A stretch of DNA of 31,134 nt from an uncultured virus (IMG/VR IMGVR_UViG_3300006921_000001) (lineage: Duplodnaviria > Heunggongvirae > Uroviricota > Caudoviricetes). The stretch lies in IMG/VR virus record IMGVR_UViG_3300006921_000001; one strand, written 5' to 3'. Position numbers and translations under genes: made by a program. This document shows positions 25,165 through 31,134 of this stretch, in pieces (the stretch's first letter is position 1; each line of letters begins with the position of its first letter). The notes under the pieces were generated by a model. The model ran no database searches. It had not been told where the DNA came from and saw only the letters and a program-made list of their open reading frames with translations.

Positions 25165-27066
25165 ATGGTATCTGAGTGGGAAGAGGTAATAATTCGGGCA
25201 AAGGTAAACCCGGAAGATTTCGCAAAGCAGGCTTTAATTAAGGTCAGAAATATTGCAAAAAATTCTGAAATAGTGGCCCTTGAACGTCTTATCCAAGAAT
25301 ACTCAATCGCTACAGAACAATTAGAAAAAACTGGTGATGTAGAAGAAACACAGGTAAAACATCATTTATCCAGAGAATACATTACTAAAGATTTAATACC
25401 AACGATATTAGAAGGTTTACAGGAAGCATTAGATTCTTATGACGGACCCATAATAGATAAGGTCAATGAATTTAATCAAATGTTATTAGAATTAGAAGAT
25501 GACCCAGAAGTTTTTATGCAAAAAATTGCTCCATTTTTAGAAAATGAATACGATAAATGGATGACCCAAGAAAACGGTAAGACAATACCTGAACATGATG
25601 TGGGGCTAAGTTCTCCACGAAAATATTTTGAATCAAAAATCGAAATTAACGATAGGGACGAAATTATTTCCTCCTTAGAAGCCCTTATTAAAAAACCTAA
25701 CACAGATACTTCATTGTGGCAAAAACTAATTAATATCATTCCCGACAAATATGGTATAACTAGACAAGAAATTATGACTGGTCAAAGAAAGAGAAGATAT
25801 CAGATGGTCCCTAAAGAGCGATTCAATGAAACAATTCTTCACCCTCACACTACCCGCCAAAAGTTTAGAGATTTATTAAGTAATTTACAGAAGGCAAGAT
25901 TTTTATCCGGTAACATAGGTAAATTTTTACTAAAAGCGGAAAGAGGAGAAGAAGGTTTAGAAGTTGATTCTCCATATCTTATGCTATATAATACCGTTAA
26001 AGGGAATTTACAAAATAATTTATTCGGTCGAGCAACTCAAGGAGCAATAATGGGGCGAACAGAACATGTAGGTGAATCTGGAGGTGGCTACACAAAAATA
26101 TTTAGAAATTTCGCTCAAGATTACATTGCTGCTAACCCAGAGGAGATAATGGATGAGGAGATAATAATAGACCGTGCTAAATTACCTGTAGGAACACCTA
26201 CATCCTTGAGACAACTATTTGATAGATGGCAGACAGACCCCAACCTTAAATTGGGACCTGCTACCAAAAAAAGAACTTTGGTTGATGATGAAGGGAAGGA
26301 ACGAGTTAAAGAGAATATTCCCACGATGGCAGACCTATATGGGGATGTAAGATATTCTCAACGTGGGCTTATTGATAGAATTTTATCTGAAGGCGTCAAA
26401 ATTACAGATACAGATGTAGCAGAAATATTCAAAATATGTTTACCTCCGAATAATCAAATGGAAGATAATATTGCTGAATTAAGAGTCAATTCGTTTCCCG
26501 AAAAATTTGATGAGGCAAATGCCTACACAATACTGTCTGCTTATATTTATGTCTTAGACACATTCAATCCATCAAATATTGATGGTCTACTTAGTGACCT
26601 AGCAAAAATTAGAGATGATATGCTATCACTAACATACCAAACAAGTAGGGATAAAAGACGGGGTAATCCACCACGTCCGGTTTTTACATATTCTGATAAT
26701 GGTAAAATACGGGATTATACTGAAGAATTAGAACAATCCGACGTATCTGCTATTATACAACAGATAGAGAATTTTATTACAAAATTGAAAAACGAACTAG
26801 AGGCAACAAGTAGCAATGTTTTAGAGGTTTTATATAATAGTATAGAGACAAACCTTAATAAGGACGGTCAGGGTTTATTCACAATACCAACAAAGCAACT
26901 AGATAGAGAAGGCGATGAAGGAAGAAAAGGTGGGGGCAGGACAGGAAAGCCCAACCCTCAAGGAGAAACTAAACGTACAAACAAAGGGACTATACAAGAA
27001 TATTTACTTAATTACAATGTAAAGGACCGTTCACAGACAGAGCATAATATTATAGGGGTGGCTTAA
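25165..27066 (+). CDS. large helical hypothetical protein (MVSEWEEVIIR), possibly virion-internal
   Basis: 633-aa ORF; GGGTGA upstream. Confidence 0.85.
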   Translation: MVSEWEEVIIRAKVNPEDFAKQALIKVRNIAKNSEIVALERLIQEYSIATEQLEKTGDVEETQVKHHLSREYITKDLIPTILEGLQEALDSYDGPIIDKVNEFNQMLLELEDDPEVFMQKIAPFLENEYDKWMTQENGKTIPEHDVGLSSPRKYFESKIEINDRDEIISSLEALIKKPNTDTSLWQKLINIIPDKYGITRQEIMTGQRKRRYQMVPKERFNETILHPHTTRQKFRDLLSNLQKARFLSGNIGKFLLKAERGEEGLEVDSPYLMLYNTVKGNLQNNLFGRATQGAIMGRTEHVGESGGGYTKIFRNFAQDYIAANPEEIMDEEIIIDRAKLPVGTPTSLRQLFDRWQTDPNLKLGPATKKRTLVDDEGKERVKENIPTMADLYGDVRYSQRGLIDRILSEGVKITDTDVAEIFKICLPPNNQMEDNIAELRVNSFPEKFDEANAYTILSAYIYVLDTFNPSNIDGLLSDLAKIRDDMLSLTYQTSRDKRRGNPPRPVFTYSDNGKIRDYTEELEQSDVSAIIQQIENFITKLKNELEATSSNVLEVLYNSIETNLNKDGQGLFTIPTKQLDREGDEGRKGGGRTGKPNPQGETKRTNKGTIQEYLLNYNVKDRSQTEHNIIGVA

Positions 27067-29588
27067 TGGACAAAGAATTAATGGAAGTTTTAAATGCAAT
27101 ATTTTCTGATATTAATAGCAATAAAGATATTGATATTGTTGATTTAGAAGAGTTAGAACAACTACTTAATATGGAACCTAATCCAGATAACTATCCTAAA
27201 TACAAAGAAGACCTCGTAAAAATTCGTATTAGTAGGGAAAATTTTTTCAAGGATTTTAATACCAAAATTTCTTATTCTGATAGCACGTTAGATACGGACA
27301 CACCGACCATTCCAACCTATCCCGAAAATAATACAAAAGGTGTACTAAATAGATTACAAAGTAAACTAACAGATATGCCTGATTTCACACTCACCAATGC
27401 AAATGAGGGAGGGGCGGTTAGAAACCTTATTACTATACTTAACTCTGGAACTTATTCCCCAGAATTACCTATTCCACTATTTACTGAGGATGAAATTAAG
27501 GCTTTCACAAATGTTATTATGCAAGTCACTAGAAAGCGTTCTTCTTTAAGACCAAAAGTGGGGGAATTGCTTTCTGAGGTAGCGACAACCTCTGCTACAT
27601 CAATTACAAATCGAAGAAGAACATACGACCACTGGAGAGACATGAATACTCAATTTAAATTATTTATTGATGCACTAAACAGTGTTGAGTTTAAACCCAC
27701 TGATGATGAAGGGAAGCAACAAGTCAAAGAGATTCCCAGTTACATCGTAAGAATGGGGCAAGTCACACTTAAAAAAACCATTCACCCGCACTCACCTATA
27801 GTAGCAAACGTTCTTCGTGCTAAATATATTAAAAGAGAACTAGAAGATATAGTCGAGTCGGGGTCGTTCAAAGAATACTCTAAAGAAGGTAAGCCAACAG
27901 GAGACAGCGGCTACATAGATGAAGCAAACACAGAATATATTTCTGTTCTCGAACAATTAAAAAGGGATATTGCTGATTTATCCGATTCTGGAGAAAACCC
28001 ATTTGTTAGGGGTAGTAATATAGGTATTGACCCAATACTTTCTATCGTTTTACAAAACGAAGAATTCCCCTTATTACTTTCTGAAGAACAGATACAAATT
28101 AATGTAAATAATTTAGTTAAAATCTTAACTGGGGAAATACCAGAAGAAAACTTAGAATTTACAATAGATACTATAGAAGATTACGCTAAAACTATACGAG
28201 ACGATTTAAAAAATTATCAAGTAATTCAACGGGACGTATATCACTTTGCTATCATGGATGGTCCAGAGGTTTCTCTAAAGCAGGTAAATTTTAAAGATAT
28301 GGAAAATGCAGCATTTAAAATAGATATTGCTAAGTGGAGCGGTGATAAATACGAAATAGAAGAGGAGGAATTTTCATCTTATACTGAATTAATAGAATAT
28401 ATTAATGATAAAACAAATATTTTAATTAAAAGTTTGGTGAAGTTATTTGATGTTGACGCTTGGGCTAAAACACTTGCTGATGAAAAAGAGGACCCTACAT
28501 ATTCTATAACTTTTCCCGAACGTAGATTAAAAGACCCACGGGCAATCGGTGGTGGGGTCGTGATTCCTGCTTATAGAAGGGCTGAAGTAAAAGAAGTAAA
28601 AGAAAACCTACAAGACCTATCTGAATCAATTAAAACGTACTACTATGAAGGTCTAACTAAACAAAATGTCATGTTTAAGGATTTACCTGAATTTGTTAAA
28701 ACGCCCCAGTATCAGGCTTTAGAAAGAGAATTATCTGGAGACATTACTGCTAAAATGTCGGCGGTTTTATCAACAGGTAAGGCTACCCCACGATATGATG
28801 TAGAGTTATTTTCTAGCCTTAACGGGTTTATTTTAAAGTTAAACAGAGGGGACTTGGGAAGTTACACTAAAATCATACATGGCGAATGCGAGAATTTTAT
28901 TAACTCTATCCTTAATTTATACAGACCTCTTGAGAGAGACGAGATAAAGAGTATTAAAAATAATTTAAGTGTTGTGTTTGGGAGGCTTCTACATGGATTG
29001 TTCGAAGATTCTAATGAGGATTACGAACCTGATAAATTTATGGGTAGAACTCTACAGTATTGGGATAATAAGTTTGAAGACATACTGGAACGTACTGGTA
29101 AGTCACCAACCCTTTCGTTTGTTAAATTAGGAAGAACACTAGAGAATCCTAAGATTAAAGAATACATTTTAACCGGCACTACTATGAGCAAAACAAATAA
29201 AGAAGGTGCTGCAACAGATAATACTTCTACGAAGGCTATAAGAAATGTAGTATATGAAGGCCCTAATAGTTTAATGAATAATTTAGTTAGAGCCAGAGAA
29301 AATTTAGGGGCTTTAGATGACCAATTTAAGAAAGCACTTATGACCTCATATGACCTAATCCGTAAAGGTAAAAAATTACCTATCCATGTAGGATTCTTAG
29401 ATTCTAATTCGTATTCTGATAACGCCTATACTATTGCTACTATGGAACGCATTTATGGCATAGATATATATGCAACAGACATTGATGTTATTATTAAATC
29501 TCAGAACACTACTAAAGAATTAGTAAGTTATTTGGGCCTACCCGAAGAAATGGTGTATCACATAAGGGGGTTGTATAGATGGCTATAA
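27066..29588 (+). CDS. large acidic hypothetical protein, possibly virion-associated
   Basis: 840-aa ORF; TAATG coupling. Confidence 0.85.
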   Translation: MDKELMEVLNAIFSDINSNKDIDIVDLEELEQLLNMEPNPDNYPKYKEDLVKIRISRENFFKDFNTKISYSDSTLDTDTPTIPTYPENNTKGVLNRLQSKLTDMPDFTLTNANEGGAVRNLITILNSGTYSPELPIPLFTEDEIKAFTNVIMQVTRKRSSLRPKVGELLSEVATTSATSITNRRRTYDHWRDMNTQFKLFIDALNSVEFKPTDDEGKQQVKEIPSYIVRMGQVTLKKTIHPHSPIVANVLRAKYIKRELEDIVESGSFKEYSKEGKPTGDSGYIDEANTEYISVLEQLKRDIADLSDSGENPFVRGSNIGIDPILSIVLQNEEFPLLLSEEQIQINVNNLVKILTGEIPEENLEFTIDTIEDYAKTIRDDLKNYQVIQRDVYHFAIMDGPEVSLKQVNFKDMENAAFKIDIAKWSGDKYEIEEEEFSSYTELIEYINDKTNILIKSLVKLFDVDAWAKTLADEKEDPTYSITFPERRLKDPRAIGGGVVIPAYRRAEVKEVKENLQDLSESIKTYYYEGLTKQNVMFKDLPEFVKTPQYQALERELSGDITAKMSAVLSTGKATPRYDVELFSSLNGFILKLNRGDLGSYTKIIHGECENFINSILNLYRPLERDEIKSIKNNLSVVFGRLLHGLFEDSNEDYEPDKFMGRTLQYWDNKFEDILERTGKSPTLSFVKLGRTLENPKIKEYILTGTTMSKTNKEGAATDNTSTKAIRNVVYEGPNSLMNNLVRARENLGALDDQFKKALMTSYDLIRKGKKLPIHVGFLDSNSYSDNAYTIATMERIYGIDIYATDIDVIIKSQNTTKELVSYLGLPEEMVYHIRGLYRWL

Positions 29589-30148
29589 CTGTCTCAAATA
29601 AAGTTATTTCCGAGGCAGAGTTGCTGCAATTATACGCTGAATCTTACCCTAAATATAAAAACAAAAAGAAGGCTAATGGTCAAGACATGCCAAGCACTAG
29701 AACTCCTAGAGCGGCACAAAGCGTATTTCCTCCATTAAGTAGACAAACCCCGGATGGTTATTACGTTGCTATGGATGGAGATATTTTAGCAGGTTGGGCT
29801 GGGTGGAAAAAATTAGATGGCAATACATATCTTACTGCTGGTTCGGCAACAATGCCTGATTATAGAAAACAGGGAATACAAGAAATATTGTGGTCTAAAA
29901 GAGATATAGTTTTTGGAGGTGCTGCGGTTATTGCTATGGCAAATAATAGCCAACGCAAGTGGGTTAATTTTGTAGGTAAGTTTTATCCGAAAGCAACAGT
30001 AGATTTACTTCCCGATGATATACAAACGCAAGTGCAGGAAGCATTAGATTTTTATGAGGAACAAGGTAAAAATCCTAACATATTTTACAGAGGCCCCACT
30101 GAGGATAGTGCCATGCAAAAAGCATGGGTTGTCATTAAGGGGGAGTGA
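29579..30148 (+). CDS. GNAT-family N-acetyltransferase
   Basis: YYVAMDGDILAGW strands and TMPDYRKQGI motif A. Confidence 0.7.
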   Translation: MAITVSNKVISEAELLQLYAESYPKYKNKKKANGQDMPSTRTPRAAQSVFPPLSRQTPDGYYVAMDGDILAGWAGWKKLDGNTYLTAGSATMPDYRKQGIQEILWSKRDIVFGGAAVIAMANNSQRKWVNFVGKFYPKATVDLLPDDIQTQVQEALDFYEEQGKNPNIFYRGPTEDSAMQKAWVVIKGE

Positions 30149-30150
30149 TT

Positions 30151-31134
30151 ATGTTTTTTGATATTATTAAAAAGGCTTCGGATAATTCAACGATGGATGC
30201 TGAATATTCTAAATTTAAGCAACTTATTAATAAAGTAAAAGGGGTCAGAGATTCTATACAAAAAGAGACAAATGAAATATTTGAGGGGTTAAAAGATGTT
30301 GTGGCCGGCGACCCTATAGCGTTTGATGAAGCAATGGACACTCTAATATTATGGCTACACAACTATAGCGATAGGCCGATAACTGAGGCTCAGAGAAACA
30401 TAATGTCAATATTTTACGGTGACGAATATAGGCCAAGTTCACACGACAAAACTCTTTCTGCGATATCTGCCCTACTTTTGCAAAAAGAATATTTACATAA
30501 ACCTTACCGCATATTCAAAATATTTACTCTTGAAGCGGTTAGGGGCACTTGGACTGAAGATATTGTAAATCGCAATTTACTTCATATTCTTGAAAATACA
30601 GAAACGTCAGTCAGTGAAAGGGGTATACTACATTTTCTAGGCGCCCAACTACCTGATGGCGACGGAGAATTTAAAGATTTAATAGGGCAGATTGATGATT
30701 GGTATTCTGCTCTATATAATAAAGTTAAAACTACGTCCGATGTAGATTTACTGGGTTCTTTTTTTGTGACGTGGAAGGATGACCCCACACAAGCAGCAAA
30801 AGCGTTAATACCATATATTACTAAATTCAGGGACCTTTTATTTCAAGAAATAAATCAATATCTTAATAAGTTGATTTCTGCTGAAAAAAAGTTAATGGAC
30901 GTATTTGAAATTATAACACAACAAGTAAAAAAGATGGATGACTTATTTGGTAATCTAAGAGACATAGGTGCTGAAGTTAAAGTAGGTCGGCGGACGACCT
31001 CCGAAGATGATTACGATGGAATAACAATTACAATGGGAGAATATTTTTTTAATACATCATTGCCGAGATTACTCAGTCCAGAAGATTGCCCTACGCTGCA
31101 ACACAAACCAACTAAAAGTCAGATTTGCATACAA
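30151..31134 (+). CDS. hypothetical protein (MFFDIIKK...), runs off the right edge
   Basis: Read by hand: ATG 30151 after GGAGTGA, open for 328 codons to the window end. Confidence 0.8.
   Translation, partial: MFFDIIKKASDNSTMDAEYSKFKQLINKVKGVRDSIQKETNEIFEGLKDVVAGDPIAFDEAMDTLILWLHNYSDRPITEAQRNIMSIFYGDEYRPSSHDKTLSAISALLLQKEYLHKPYRIFKIFTLEAVRGTWTEDIVNRNLLHILENTETSVSERGILHFLGAQLPDGDGEFKDLIGQIDDWYSALYNKVKTTSDVDLLGSFFVTWKDDPTQAAKALIPYITKFRDLLFQEINQYLNKLISAEKKLMDVFEIITQQVKKMDDLFGNLRDIGAEVKVGRRTTSEDDYDGITITMGEYFFNTSLPRLLSPEDCPTLQHKPTKSQICIQ

Noticed and set aside
11430..30788. Minus-strand ORFs in the right-hand block (e.g. 19136..19867, 24809..25225) and plus-strand ORFs in the left-hand block
   Set aside because: Antisense shadows of tightly coupled genes on the other strand.

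Overview
This is a gene-dense, AT-rich fragment of a dsDNA virus of an archaeon. It has GGTGA/GAGGTGA ribosome-binding sites, TATA boxes about 30 nt before ATGs and three tRNAs without encoded CCA. A GCTD-x-A-x-NY repeat protein suggests a Marine Group II/Poseidoniales 'magrovirus', which is inference. There are three zones. (1) 1-5138: a minus-strand block of small genes, including a pyrimidine-dimer glycosylase-like protein, tRNA-Lys/Glu/Leu, a ubiquitin-like protein and a DUF1599/Nmad1-like protein. (2) About 5140-10750: a mostly non-coding region where gene orientation switches. It holds an iteron-like TAGGAA cluster and 16 copies of ACCATATGG(T), which occur nowhere else that I could find. 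At most copies the ACC closes a stem-loop on the left and the GGT opens a different stem-loop on the right (hairpin-ATAT-hairpin), with compensatory changes between paralogous copies. The region also carries a few embedded minus-strand genes and a roughly 470-nt pseudoknotted ncRNA candidate with its own promoter and T-run. (3) 10797-end: a plus-strand block where 18 of 28 genes start with M-x(0-3)-W-x-x-[ILVT]-[ILV]-K (or a close variant) fused to unrelated domains, resembling a capsid-targeting and protease-cleavage signal for packaged proteins. No capsid, portal, large terminase, polymerase or cas gene is recognisable. All base pairings were found by eye, and no folding or database searches were run.
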